Origin: Candidatus Woesearchaeota archaeon
Lineage (GTDB): Archaea; Nanobdellota; Nanobdellia; Pacearchaeales; GW2011-AR1
Assembly (NCBI GenBank): GCA_964403535.1
Contig: CAYOFN010000001.1
Coordinates: 2,003-66,002 of the forward strand
Direction: 5' to 3'
DNA: 64,000 nt
Part shown: one piece after another, positions 36,781-46,357 of the stretch
Layout of the letters: every line of letters begins with the position of its first letter
Numbering within the stretch: the first letter of the stretch is position 1
Program-made: the position numbers and the translations under genes
The notes under the pieces: model-generated
Database searches by the model: none
Told to the model about the DNA's origin: nothing
What the model saw: the letters and a program-made list of their open reading frames with translations, nothing else

Positions 36781-37011
36781 TTATCTCCCCCTATTTTCTG
36801 GCATTTTATACTCTGGGTCTTTAACAAAATAAGTCAACCCATTTGGAGTTTTTTCAGCTTTTAATCCAGGTGCTGCTAAGGCAATTTCAGGATTTTTAAA
36901 TGTTCCAGATAAAACTAAATAAACTAAAGGAGTCAAAATAGCAAGTTTTAACCACTGAGTTCCACCTCTTGCTCTCCTTCTCTCAGCTCTTGTCTCTAAA
37001 TTTTCTGTCAT
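36781..37011 (-). CDS. Small single-TM hypothetical protein upstream of the transglycosylase
   Basis: One hydrophobic helix; its stop lies 1 nt from the SLT start. Confidence 0.65.
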   Translation of the reverse strand: MTENLETRAERRRARGGTQWLKLAILTPLVYLVLSGTFKNPEIALAAPGLKAEKTPNGLTYFVKDPEYKMPENRGR

Positions 37012-37193
37012 TTTTCTTTTGACCTTAAACCTAATTTGTAACTATTACGCAGTAACTACTATATTTAAAGCTTTCGATAGGAGTTTTTCTCTATTATTAA
37101 CTTCAAGTTAGAAAAGTAGTTTTTCAAGTTAACTTTATAAATATCTTGTTTCTTATTCTTTAATAAAAGAGCAAATTTAATTTAAAACAAAAA

Positions 37194-38912
37194 ATGAAAA
37201 TCTTAAGTTTACACTGCGACTACATCACATTTAAACCCCTTAAAAAAGCACTTAAATCAATAGGAAAACTTGTAAACGGGGCAGAAAAAGAAAAAAGAGT
37301 AGATGAAGCTTTGACAATATTTACCGCAGTAGAAAAAAAAGACGAGTCAAATAAAAATCTGCTAAAACATTTTATCAGTAATATAGAAGATATAGCAAAT
37401 AAGGTTAATGCAAAAAACATTGTTCTCTACCCCTATGCACATCTCTCTCCCTCTCTTGCCTCGCCTGAGTTTGCACAGGATATTCTTGAAAAAGCAGAAA
37501 AAGCACTAAGCAAGAAATTTAAGACCACACGAGCTCCATTCGGCTACTATAAAGAATTCGAGCTCAAGTGCAAAGGGCATCCTTTAGCTGAATTATCCAG
37601 GGAGATTCATCATGAAGGAACAGAAGAAAAAGATGAAAAAGTAATTGAGCCAAACGAAACATACGACTGCTCAAAATTACTTAATCAGGTTTGTAAAGTC
37701 CATCTTGATAAGAGAAAATTAAAAGAAAACGACCATAGGATTTTAGGAGAAAAACTGGATTTGTTTAGCTTTTTTGATTGCGCTCCTGGCATGGTTTTTT
37801 GGCATAATAAAGGATGGATAATTTACAATCAGCTTATAGAGTTTTGGAGAGAGGAGCATAAAAAATCAGGATATGAAGAGATTTCAACTCCTCAGATTAT
37901 GGATAAAAAGTTATGGCAGATTTCAGGGCACTGGGATAAATACAAGGAAAATGTTTTTCTTACAAAATACGAAGACAGAGAATTTGTAATAAAACCTATG
38001 AATTGCCCTGGAGGAATTTTAATTTTTAAAGAAAAGCCAAAATCTTACAAAGAACTTCCACTAAGAGTAGGAGAACTTGGAACTGTCTATAGGCAGGAAT
38101 TATCCGGAGTTTTAGGAGGTTTGTTCAGAGTTCTAAAATTTACTCAGGACGATGCTCATATATACTGCGAGGAAAAACAACTAGAAGAGGAAATTATAAA
38201 GATTATTGATTTAATTGACAGGTTTTATAAAAAATTTAATTTCGCATACCATATTGAACTTTCAACTCGCCCTGAAAAAAGAATAGGATCAGATAAACTC
38301 TGGGATAAAGCAGAAAAAGTTCTTGAGTCTGTCTTAAATAAGAAAAAAACAAAATTTAAATTAAACAAAGGAGATGGAGCTTTTTACGGGCCAAAAATAG
38401 ACTTTCATATTCAGGACTCTTTGGGAAGAACATGGCAGACAGCAACAATTCAGCTTGACTTTGCAATGCCTGAGAGATTTGATTTAACTTATACTGATAA
38501 AGATAATAAGAAAAATCGTCCAGTAATGCTTCACAGGACAGTATACGGAAGTTTAGAAAGATTCATTGGAATTCTGCTTGAGCATACTTCTGGAAATCTC
38601 CCAACCTGGCTTTCTCCAATTCAGTGCAGAGTACTAAGTTTTACAGATAGGAATATTAGTGCATCTGAAAAAATCCTTGAGCAATTAAAAGAACAAGGAA
38701 TAAGAGCAGACTCTGACTTTGACTCATCAAGAATAAATGAAAAAGTCAGAAATGCAGAACTGCAAAAAATCCCCTATATTATTGTAATTGGAGATAAAGA
38801 AGAGCAAAATCAAACTTTAGCTATCAGGCATAGAGGAGAAAAACTAAAGTTTGGAGTAAAATATGATGAATTTATTTCTGAGCTGAAAAAGGAGATTAAG
38901 GAGAGGAAATAA
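37194..38912 (+). CDS. thrS: Threonine--tRNA ligase (archaeal-type editing domain plus bacterial-type catalytic core)
   Basis: LHCDYI, YPYAHLS, APFGYYK, GHPLAELSR; then SGHW, KPMNCPG, FTQDDAH, GAFYGPKID. Confidence 0.96.
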   Translation: MKILSLHCDYITFKPLKKALKSIGKLVNGAEKEKRVDEALTIFTAVEKKDESNKNLLKHFISNIEDIANKVNAKNIVLYPYAHLSPSLASPEFAQDILEKAEKALSKKFKTTRAPFGYYKEFELKCKGHPLAELSREIHHEGTEEKDEKVIEPNETYDCSKLLNQVCKVHLDKRKLKENDHRILGEKLDLFSFFDCAPGMVFWHNKGWIIYNQLIEFWREEHKKSGYEEISTPQIMDKKLWQISGHWDKYKENVFLTKYEDREFVIKPMNCPGGILIFKEKPKSYKELPLRVGELGTVYRQELSGVLGGLFRVLKFTQDDAHIYCEEKQLEEEIIKIIDLIDRFYKKFNFAYHIELSTRPEKRIGSDKLWDKAEKVLESVLNKKKTKFKLNKGDGAFYGPKIDFHIQDSLGRTWQTATIQLDFAMPERFDLTYTDKDNKKNRPVMLHRTVYGSLERFIGILLEHTSGNLPTWLSPIQCRVLSFTDRNISASEKILEQLKEQGIRADSDFDSSRINEKVRNAELQKIPYIIVIGDKEEQNQTLAIRHRGEKLKFGVKYDEFISELKKEIKERK

Positions 38913-38962
38913 CTGGTCTCAATAAAAAAGAAGTTTAAACACAAAACATTTATATACTCCAT

Positions 38963-38979
38963 GTATATATCATATATAC
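38963..38979. promoter_or_regulatory. Palindromic operator upstream of the toxin-antitoxin pair
   Basis: GTATATAT-C-ATATATAC just downstream of a TTTATATA box. Confidence 0.55.
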
Positions 38980-38998
38980 TAAATATACATGAGAAAAA

Positions 38999-39244
38999 AT
39001 GGTACAAGCAATGATTGAAATTCCTGATGAAGCAAATCAGATTTTGAATATTATCAAAGCAAGATATAATTTAAGAACCAAAAGTGAGGCAATTGCAAAG
39101 ATAGTCATTGAATATGGCGCGAACATAATTGAGCCAGAGCTAAGACCTGAATATCTTGTAAAACTAGAGAGAATAAGAAAAGAAGGGCATGGAGAGATTT
39201 TTCATTCTATTGAGGAATTAAGAAAAAAGATAGAAAAGAAGTAA
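38999..39244 (+). CDS. Antitoxin, DUF2683-like
   Basis: MVQAMI.I....NQILNIIKARY.L.TKSEAI...EPELRPEY; upstream of a RelE-like toxin. Confidence 0.85.
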   Translation: MVQAMIEIPDEANQILNIIKARYNLRTKSEAIAKIVIEYGANIIEPELRPEYLVKLERIRKEGHGEIFHSIEELRKKIEKK

Positions 39245-39245
39245 G

Positions 39246-39518
39246 ATGCCCTATAACTATAAAACCAGCAAGAGCTTAGACAAAACTCTCTGTAAACTTC
39301 TTAATAAAAACAAACCTTTATATGAACAAGTTTTGAAGAAAATTAATGAGGTAATCCATTCAGATGATATCGAGCACTATAAAAACCTACGATATAACTT
39401 AAGCGATAAAAAAAGAGTTCATATTGGACATTTTGTATTGGTTTTTCAATATAACAAAATTTTGAATCTGATTGAGTTTGATGATTTTGACCATCACGAT
39501 AATATTTACAAGAAATAA
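39246..39518 (+). CDS. RelE/ParE-family toxin
   Basis: HYKNLRY.L...KRVHIGHFVLVF...FDHHDNIY. Confidence 0.85.
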   Translation: MPYNYKTSKSLDKTLCKLLNKNKPLYEQVLKKINEVIHSDDIEHYKNLRYNLSDKKRVHIGHFVLVFQYNKILNLIEFDDFDHHDNIYKK

Positions 39519-39608
39519 ATTATTTCTGAGAGTAACCCCCAATAGTTTCATCAATCTTCTCCCTCCCTCACCCGAAAAATATATAACCCTTTGATTTATC
39601 TACTATCA

Positions 39609-40121
39609 ATGAACCTCTCACACTGCCTTGAGAAAATTGAAACTAGCCAGCAATTTAAGAACTTTCTAGAAAAAAATCCAGAAGCAAAATTATGCGCAGG
39701 TTTCTTTGTTCTGGATTTTAAAGAATTTAAAGACCAGTCTCAGATTGACTACTGCACTCCAGATGGAGATATCTTTACATTCACCTTAAATAATGAAATT
39801 ACACTTACAAAACCAGAAATGATTGAAGAAGAGAAAAAACTTTCTCCTCTGGACAGAGAGAAAATTAAGATAGAACTTCAGAGTTTAAAGAGAATTGTAG
39901 AATCAGAGATGGAAAAAAACAAAGTTAGTTCTAATTTAGAAAAAATAATAGCAATAATCCAGAATTTTGAATTAAAAGATAAACCTACCTCATTAATATG
40001 GAATCTTACCTGCATGCTACCTGGATTAAAAATCATCCAAGTATGGATAGATGCATTTTCAGGAGAAATTCTAAAATTCGAAGATAAGAGCTTGTTTGAT
40101 GTTATCAAGAAAGTAAAATAA
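39609..40121 (+). CDS. Hypothetical protein with a PepSY-like C-terminal motif
   Basis: IWNLT...IDAFSGEIL. Confidence 0.65.
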   Translation: MNLSHCLEKIETSQQFKNFLEKNPEAKLCAGFFVLDFKEFKDQSQIDYCTPDGDIFTFTLNNEITLTKPEMIEEEKKLSPLDREKIKIELQSLKRIVESEMEKNKVSSNLEKIIAIIQNFELKDKPTSLIWNLTCMLPGLKIIQVWIDAFSGEILKFEDKSLFDVIKKVK

Positions 40122-40228
40122 ATAAATCTGGATAAATTTTTTAACCCACCTTTAATTAACTTAAAACCTAATCTAAATGAGTATATCTTTATTTTTAATT
40201 ATTAATTTTTTTAAGTCTATGCTCATTT

Positions 40229-41518
40229 TCACTCACCCTTAAACTCAACTATAGAAAAAACTTTCCAGATGGAAAGTTTTTCTCTTCCTTTTAAGTCTGC
40301 AAGTTCAATAACAAAAGCAATTTCCTCAATTTTTCCACCTAATTTTTCAATTAAACTGCATGCAGCAGATGCACTTCCTCCAGTAGCAATTAAATCATCA
40401 ACAACCAAAACTCTTTGCCCTGGTTTGATTGCATCTTTATGAATTTCAATTGCATCTTTTCCATATTCCAGTTCATACTCTTGTTTTATAGTCTCAGCAG
40501 GCAGTTTTCCTGGTTTTCTTATAGGAACAAATTCAGCACCAAGCCTGTCAGCTAAAATTCCCCCAATAATAAATCCCCTGCTCTCAATTCCTGCTACAAT
40601 TTCTATACCTGTATTCTTATATCTCCTCTCTAGTATCTCCATAACTTTCTTCATTCCTTCTTTATCTTTAAGAAGAGTAGTAATATCTCTGAACATTATT
40701 CCTGGCTTTGGAAAATTTGGAATTGTTCTTATTTTTCCTTTAATATACTCTTTTTCTTGTTCACTTACCTGCTGGTTAGCAAGTCTTGGAATAACTTCAA
40801 GAATTAAGTTTTTTACTTTATCAGAATTTTCTTTCATTCTCTTTTTTATCATCTCCCAAGTAACTGGTTCTTCATCTTTTTTCCAACAGTCATAATCAGT
40901 AGCCATTGCAATACTAGCATACTCTATCTCTGCTTCTTTTGCAAGTGCAACTTCAGGAAAAGCAGTCATTCCAATTATATCTGCAAAATTCTTAAAAAAA
41001 TAACTCTCAGAGCGAGAAGAAAATCTTGGTCCTTCAATAACTGCAATTGTAGCTCTCTCATGTATTTTAAATCCTAAATTTTTTGCTGTATTTATTAAAC
41101 TTTCTCTAATCAGATTTGAAAAAGGTTCAGCCATGCTAATATGCTGGACTTTTCCTTCTCCTATTTCATCATAAAAAGTATTTTTTCTTGATTTTGTAAA
41201 GTCAATGAACTGGTCAGGAAAAATCAAATCTCCAGGTTTAATTCCTTCTCTTAAACTTCCAACAGCACTTGAAGCAATAATATGAGTTACTCCAAGCATT
41301 TTCAAAGCAGCAATATTTGCTCTGTAATTAATTTGTGAAGGAGGAATCTCGTGCTTTTTCCCGTGCCTTGCAAGAATGCATATATCAACTCCCTCAATCT
41401 TCCCACAAACTATTTTAGAACTTGGTTTTCCATACTTTGTCTCTACTTCTTTTTCTTCATACTTTTCAATTAAATTAGGGTCATCTAACCCGCTTCCACC
41501 AATAATCCCTATTTTCAT
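40229..41518 (-). CDS. Fusion of methylthioadenosine phosphorylase and adenine phosphoribosyltransferase
   Basis: IGIIGGSG, RHG..H..PP..INYRANI, EGPRFS, TDYDCW; then PNFPKPGIMFRDIT, ESRGF, RKPGKLP, VDDLIATGGS. Confidence 0.93.
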   Translation of the reverse strand: MKIGIIGGSGLDDPNLIEKYEEKEVETKYGKPSSKIVCGKIEGVDICILARHGKKHEIPPSQINYRANIAALKMLGVTHIIASSAVGSLREGIKPGDLIFPDQFIDFTKSRKNTFYDEIGEGKVQHISMAEPFSNLIRESLINTAKNLGFKIHERATIAVIEGPRFSSRSESYFFKNFADIIGMTAFPEVALAKEAEIEYASIAMATDYDCWKKDEEPVTWEMIKKRMKENSDKVKNLILEVIPRLANQQVSEQEKEYIKGKIRTIPNFPKPGIMFRDITTLLKDKEGMKKVMEILERRYKNTGIEIVAGIESRGFIIGGILADRLGAEFVPIRKPGKLPAETIKQEYELEYGKDAIEIHKDAIKPGQRVLVVDDLIATGGSASAACSLIEKLGGKIEEIAFVIELADLKGREKLSIWKVFSIVEFKGE

Positions 41519-41520
41519 GA

Positions 41521-41802
41521 TTATGCTGCTCCAGAAAGAATCCTTTCTTTTATTGTTTCTCCCATAACCATTCCTCCGTAAACTCCTCTAAATGCAATTC
41601 GATCATATGGAATGAGCTCTGATACATCAACCTCCCCCCACGCCCTTATACCTTTATACTTTACCATAATTGCGCTCCTTTCAGTAGAACTAACTTCTCC
41701 ACAAACTATCTGGTTTTCAAAAGTCAGAATAAAGATTCTATCTCCAGATTTAATACTCTCTCTATCTGGAGTCTCTTTATCAGGCATATCAGTTCTAGGC
41801 AT
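41521..41802 (-). CDS. Hypothetical protein (small beta-rich domain)
   Basis: ORF ends 2 nt before the MTAP-APRT start. Confidence 0.55.
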   Translation of the reverse strand: MPRTDMPDKETPDRESIKSGDRIFILTFENQIVCGEVSSTERSAIMVKYKGIRAWGEVDVSELIPYDRIAFRGVYGGMVMGETIKERILSGAA

Positions 41803-41852
41803 TATTTTCTAATTTGAATTATATTTAAAAACATAATTACAATGAAGTATAT

Positions 41853-43238
41853 ATGAAAATTCCTTTAAAAAATGAAATTAGAAAACCTAGCAAAACTCTG
41901 GCAGGAGTAACTCCAATTGCAGTAATGTGCAAGCCACGCAAATGCCCGCATGGAACCTGCCTCTACTGCCCGTCTCTCTCTGTACCTCAGTCCTATACTC
42001 CTCTATCCCCCCCTGTAATAAGAGCTAAACTTCTGAGTTACTCTGCTTTTGAACAAGTAAAATCAAGGTTAAAAGCATTTAAGATTATGAATCATCCTAC
42101 AAATAAAATAGAATTAATTATTATGGGAGGAACATTTCCCTCTTTTCCTATAAAATATCAAACTGCTTTTATTAAATCCTGTTATGATGCTCTAAATAAT
42201 AAAAAATCCAAAACACTAGAACAAGCTAAAAACCTAAATCAAAAATCAAAGCATAGATGCGTTGCCCTGTGCATTGAAACTCGTCCAGACTATTGTGGAA
42301 AAAAGCAAATAAAACAGATGCTTGAATTTGGATGCACAAGAGTTGAATTAGGAGTTCAGGCAATTTCAGATAAAATCTACAAAAAAGTAAATCGAGGGCA
42401 TAAAGTTAAAGATGTTGTTCTTGCTACAAAACTACTTAGAGAAAATGGATTTAAAATAGGTTATCATCTGATGCCTGGACTTCCAGGAAGCAATATCATC
42501 AAAGATGAAGCTATGTTTAAAAAAATATTTTTAGATAAGAGATTTAAACCAGACCAATTAAAGATTTATCCGTGCCAGGTTTTAAAAGGAGCAGCACTGG
42601 AAAACTTATACAAAAAAGGAAAATACAAGCCATATACTAAAGAACAAATAGAAAAATTGCTAGTTAAATTCTATAAGCTTGTTCCAGAATACTGTAGGAT
42701 TATGAGAATAATGAGAGAAATTTCCCCAGCATACCTTACCGCAGGAACAATTCATATTGATTTAAGAAGAGATTTGGAAAAAGAAATAAAAAAATCAAAA
42801 CTTAAATCCAAAATTAAAGAAATAAGATTCAGAGAAATTGGATTTCAACTTAGAGACTTAAAAAAACACGAAAAACTAAGCAAAAAACTAATTCTTAAAA
42901 CAAGCAAATATCAAGCAGGGGATGGTGAAGAATACTTTCTTCAGTTTGTAAATAAAGATAATCTCTTATTTGGATTATGCAGACTGAGAATAACCTCAGA
43001 TAAGCGAGCGTTAATACGCGAGCTTCATGTTTATGGAAAATCAACAGCAATTGGGAAAAAAGGAAATATTCAGCACACAGGTTTAGGAAAAAAACTAATT
43101 AAAAAAGCAGAATCTCTCACCCAGAAGCATAAAATCAAAAATCTTAAAATAATTTCAGGAGTCGGTGCAAGAGAATACTATAAAAAACTTGGATATTCCT
43201 TGGATAAAAAAGGAGTTTATATGGAGAAAGATTTATAA
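41853..43238 (+). CDS. elp3: Elp3 tRNA U34 carboxymethyltransferase (radical SAM plus KAT domain)
   Basis: CPHGTCLYCP, MGGTF, ETRPD, ELGVQ, RELHVYG, QHTGLG, ISGVGAREYY. Confidence 0.96.
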   Translation: MKIPLKNEIRKPSKTLAGVTPIAVMCKPRKCPHGTCLYCPSLSVPQSYTPLSPPVIRAKLLSYSAFEQVKSRLKAFKIMNHPTNKIELIIMGGTFPSFPIKYQTAFIKSCYDALNNKKSKTLEQAKNLNQKSKHRCVALCIETRPDYCGKKQIKQMLEFGCTRVELGVQAISDKIYKKVNRGHKVKDVVLATKLLRENGFKIGYHLMPGLPGSNIIKDEAMFKKIFLDKRFKPDQLKIYPCQVLKGAALENLYKKGKYKPYTKEQIEKLLVKFYKLVPEYCRIMRIMREISPAYLTAGTIHIDLRRDLEKEIKKSKLKSKIKEIRFREIGFQLRDLKKHEKLSKKLILKTSKYQAGDGEEYFLQFVNKDNLLFGLCRLRITSDKRALIRELHVYGKSTAIGKKGNIQHTGLGKKLIKKAESLTQKHKIKNLKIISGVGAREYYKKLGYSLDKKGVYMEKDL

Positions 43239-43242
43239 ATAG

Positions 43243-43653
43243 TTGATTATGTGCGGTTGTATGGATTATAGAGATTTAGCTGACAGGTATGATGAAGTAG
43301 AATTTAACAATTCTGGAAGATTCTTTGCAGAGGTTAGACCCCGAGTACGTAGGACTGTGCGAGCTGCAAGAGAAGGTGCAATAAGATGTAGAGATATTCT
43401 CAAACCAAAAGAAGGAGATTATGTTGAAGATTTTTTAAAGGCTGTTTTCTTAGGTAACTTTCTTGGTTCACTATATGAACTCTCACTATTTGATGGAGTC
43501 TCAATAAAAAGGAGTTGTGAATCTTTAGCTGAAAAGTTTGAGAAGAGAACACTGAACAAAGAAGAATATAACTCTCTTTCTTCAATAGCAAGAAACTTCC
43601 TCAACAATGGAGATGCAGAAGTACTGAGAGGACTGAGGGTTTACTCAAACTAA
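43243..43653 (+). CDS. Hypothetical protein (start uncertain, possibly 43261)
   Basis: Orphan ORF directly after elp3. Confidence 0.55.
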   Translation: MIMCGCMDYRDLADRYDEVEFNNSGRFFAEVRPRVRRTVRAAREGAIRCRDILKPKEGDYVEDFLKAVFLGNFLGSLYELSLFDGVSIKRSCESLAEKFEKRTLNKEEYNSLSSIARNFLNNGDAEVLRGLRVYSN

Positions 43654-43788
43654 ATTGAATAATTCTCTATTAACTAATAATCTTTTCCCAGTCTTAACTC
43701 TCTAATCTTTAAGCAATAACTCCTCTTCCCAATTACAAATATAAAAATCAAGAAATAAGATAAAAAATAAAAAAATAAAAAAATAAAA

Positions 43789-44274
43789 TTAAGCTGTGAA
43801 TGTGTCTGTATCTGTAACCGGACACTGCTTTATACTTCCGTCTTCAGCTGTTATTTGAGGAGCAATTCTAACCTGATAACTAGTATCCCTAGTTAATTCA
43901 TCAACCGCTGCAGGATCATCTTCTATTGTTATTGTTGAAGTTCCAAGAGCACTAGGTATCTTTGTAGGTTCATCTAAACTCCACATAGTAGCACCACTAA
44001 CAGCATCAACAACTAAAACTTTTACTCCAGCTAATGTTGTTTCATCAGTTCCTCTCTCAACTTGAACAGCAACAGAATCTACAGGATTATTTGTATTTGG
44101 AGTAACCCCACTTATAGTTAAATCAATTCCAATACATGCTGCAGTCCCTGTTATTGAGCCAGCTCCTTCGTCAACAGTTCCTCTTACAACCTGCCAGACA
44201 ATAACTATTGCAGCTAAGACTAGCAAGATAATAAGAATTGTTGTTATAATTTGTGACTGACCTTTTCTTTCCAT
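43789..44274 (-). CDS. Type IV pilin (class III signal peptide)
   Basis: MERKG|QSQIITTILIILLVLAAIVIVW; AGGAGGT site; oligo-T terminator at about 43762..43788. Confidence 0.9.
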   Translation of the reverse strand: MERKGQSQIITTILIILLVLAAIVIVWQVVRGTVDEGAGSITGTAACIGIDLTISGVTPNTNNPVDSVAVQVERGTDETTLAGVKVLVVDAVSGATMWSLDEPTKIPSALGTSTITIEDDPAAVDELTRDTSYQVRIAPQITAEDGSIKQCPVTDTDTFTA

Positions 44275-44370
44275 TTTTCTTAACCTCCTTTCACTCTTTT
44301 TTGTAAATATTTATTAACTAACCGACGAAAAAGGACTTTATAAATATTTTGATTTTTATGGCTTTTTTTA

Positions 44371-44562
44371 TCAAACTCTTTTCCTTTTTCTCCACTGATA
44401 AGCTGAAAGGACCATCAAAAATAATCCAATCACCATTAGGACTGCTCTCCAAATCTCAATCTCCACCTCTCCAAATTTCATCCCAAAATACCATCCAACT
44501 CCAAAAACAAAAAATAAAAATCCAGCATATAGCAAAATTCTTGAGGTTATATTTCCTTTCAT
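44371..44562 (-). CDS. Small 2-TM membrane protein
   Basis: Hydrophobic ORF overlapping the gltX stop. Confidence 0.6.
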   Translation of the reverse strand: MKGNITSRILLYAGFLFFVFGVGWYFGMKFGEVEIEIWRAVLMVIGLFLMVLSAYQWRKRKRV

Positions 44563-45770
44563 TTTTTATTAAAACTCCTTAGCAAATTAAAATACTCTTC
44601 TTTGCTCACTGTTTTATCAACCTCACTTAACCCAACTTGCTCTGAAAATTTCCAAAATGCCTCTGGTTTATACCCCTGTTTTCTCAGTGAAATTAAAGTA
44701 GGTAATCTCTCATCTTCCCATGACTTGTATTTTCCAGATTCAATATCTTTTCTCATCTGAGTTGTTGACAGATGCAAATCCTTAAAATGCCATCTTCCTA
44801 AAAAACCAGTCCACGGAGATTTTTTCCCAAGAGCTTTGAAAATCATTGCCTGTCTCTTTGCATTGTCTCTATGTTCCTTAGCTCTTATAATATGAGTCAT
44901 TCCTTGTTCAATGTCATCAACAGAAACAGCAAGATTCATTAGAGGCCAGACTCTGTATTTCTTTCCTTGCAGTGGATGAGGAGTATCATTTATTCTTGCA
45001 AGAGGAAAATCCCTAAAAGCAGGATTTTTATCCTGCATATCTGATTTAAATCTTAATACAGCCTCTCCTTCTTTGTACCCTCTCTTGCTTTTTGATAGCA
45101 TTTTCTCCCATCTTTCTAAATTCTCTTTCACAGACAAAGCCCTGCATGGGCAATTTTCTTTTTTCTCAATAGACTCTTTAAATTTTTCAGAAGCACAAGT
45201 ACAGACATAAGCTTTTTCTAATTTCAATAATTTTTCAGCATACTTATAATACAAACTCATCCTCTTAGACTGAATAATAATCTTTGCTTTATTATTAAAA
45301 AGCCATTTTGAATCTTCCTCTATCATTTTATAAGCTGATTTGTAAATATTTTCAGGATTTGTGTCCTCAATTCTAACATAAAATTTCCCCCCATACTTCT
45401 GCACATATAAAAACGAAATACAAGCAGTAGCAGCATGCCCAATATGCAAAGGCCCTGAAGGAGAAGGAGCAAACCTCATAATAACTTTATTTTTCTTTGC
45501 TCCAGGCAAATCTTCTAATCCCTCCCTGACTTTCCTGTGGCTTATCTCTTTTTCAAATATGGAAAATTCTTTTTTCTGCTCATCTAAACTCATTTTATTT
45601 ACTTTCTTAATCTCTTCTTTAATCTTAGGAATCATCTTCTTTACATCTTTTTTTTCAAGCCCTTCATGAAATAAAGAATTTAACACACTTCCTTCTTTAG
45701 CTTTCCCATCATACTCAAGAGCATTTTTAAGTGCATATGCAAGAATCTTTTTTTCTAAATCTTTTATCAT
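44559..45770 (-). CDS. gltX: Archaeal-type glutamate--tRNA ligase, short form lacking the C-terminal anticodon-binding domain
   Basis: YALKNA...GKA N-domain, RFAPSPSGPLHIGH, RIEDT, YVCTC, THIIRAKEH, LSTT; ends at 403 aa. Confidence 0.9.
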   Translation of the reverse strand: MIKDLEKKILAYALKNALEYDGKAKEGSVLNSLFHEGLEKKDVKKMIPKIKEEIKKVNKMSLDEQKKEFSIFEKEISHRKVREGLEDLPGAKKNKVIMRFAPSPSGPLHIGHAATACISFLYVQKYGGKFYVRIEDTNPENIYKSAYKMIEEDSKWLFNNKAKIIIQSKRMSLYYKYAEKLLKLEKAYVCTCASEKFKESIEKKENCPCRALSVKENLERWEKMLSKSKRGYKEGEAVLRFKSDMQDKNPAFRDFPLARINDTPHPLQGKKYRVWPLMNLAVSVDDIEQGMTHIIRAKEHRDNAKRQAMIFKALGKKSPWTGFLGRWHFKDLHLSTTQMRKDIESGKYKSWEDERLPTLISLRKQGYKPEAFWKFSEQVGLSEVDKTVSKEEYFNLLRSFNKK

Positions 45771-46142
45771 TTAACCTCTTCCCCTCTCTAACCTCTCTAT
45801 CTTTCTTTCTAAAAGTTCAACTCTATCCATTACTTTTGATAATTTCTCAGAGATTCTTCTAATTCTTTCACTAATCTTTTTTTTATCCTCACTACTACTC
45901 TCTCCATACCCTGAAACTTCTGCTGAAGGAGCAGAAGCAATATTAGAAAAAAAATCAAATCCACCAGTACTCCCTGTATTTGCACTAGGAGTTTTTTCAG
46001 AACTGCTGCTTAAGTTTGCATAACTTCCCTCTTCAGCATTTCTTGTCTGAAGAATCCCTCTTTTCTGAAGTCTTCCTAAATCAACAACCTCATTTCTTTT
46101 TCTAAACTTTCTGAAAACATCACCTATGCCCATGCTATTCAT
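45771..46142 (-). CDS. Hypothetical protein with a C-terminal coiled coil
   Basis: VVDL N-terminal motif, low-complexity middle, DRVELLERKIERLE. Confidence 0.7.
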   Translation of the reverse strand: MNSMGIGDVFRKFRKRNEVVDLGRLQKRGILQTRNAEEGSYANLSSSSEKTPSANTGSTGGFDFFSNIASAPSAEVSGYGESSSEDKKKISERIRRISEKLSKVMDRVELLERKIERLERGRG

Positions 46143-46357
46143 ATACTTTTAGAGGTTTTAAATTTATTGAAATCCTTATTTTTTAACTACCTCTTTCTCA
46201 GAAATTAATTTTACTCTTGCAGATAGTTTAACTTTAACTTATTGAGACTATCCTCTTTGTTAATAAGTGTCTAACTCATACTTAGAACTCTCATTTTCTA
46301 AATTTTCTCATATAAGAAAATTTAAATATAACACTTGTCTTTTACTAAAAGAAAGAT

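Noticed and set aside
38999..39518. Toxin-antitoxin pair as marker of a mobile or defence island
   Set aside because: No integrase, transposase or flanking repeats; it looks like a solitary chromosomal module.
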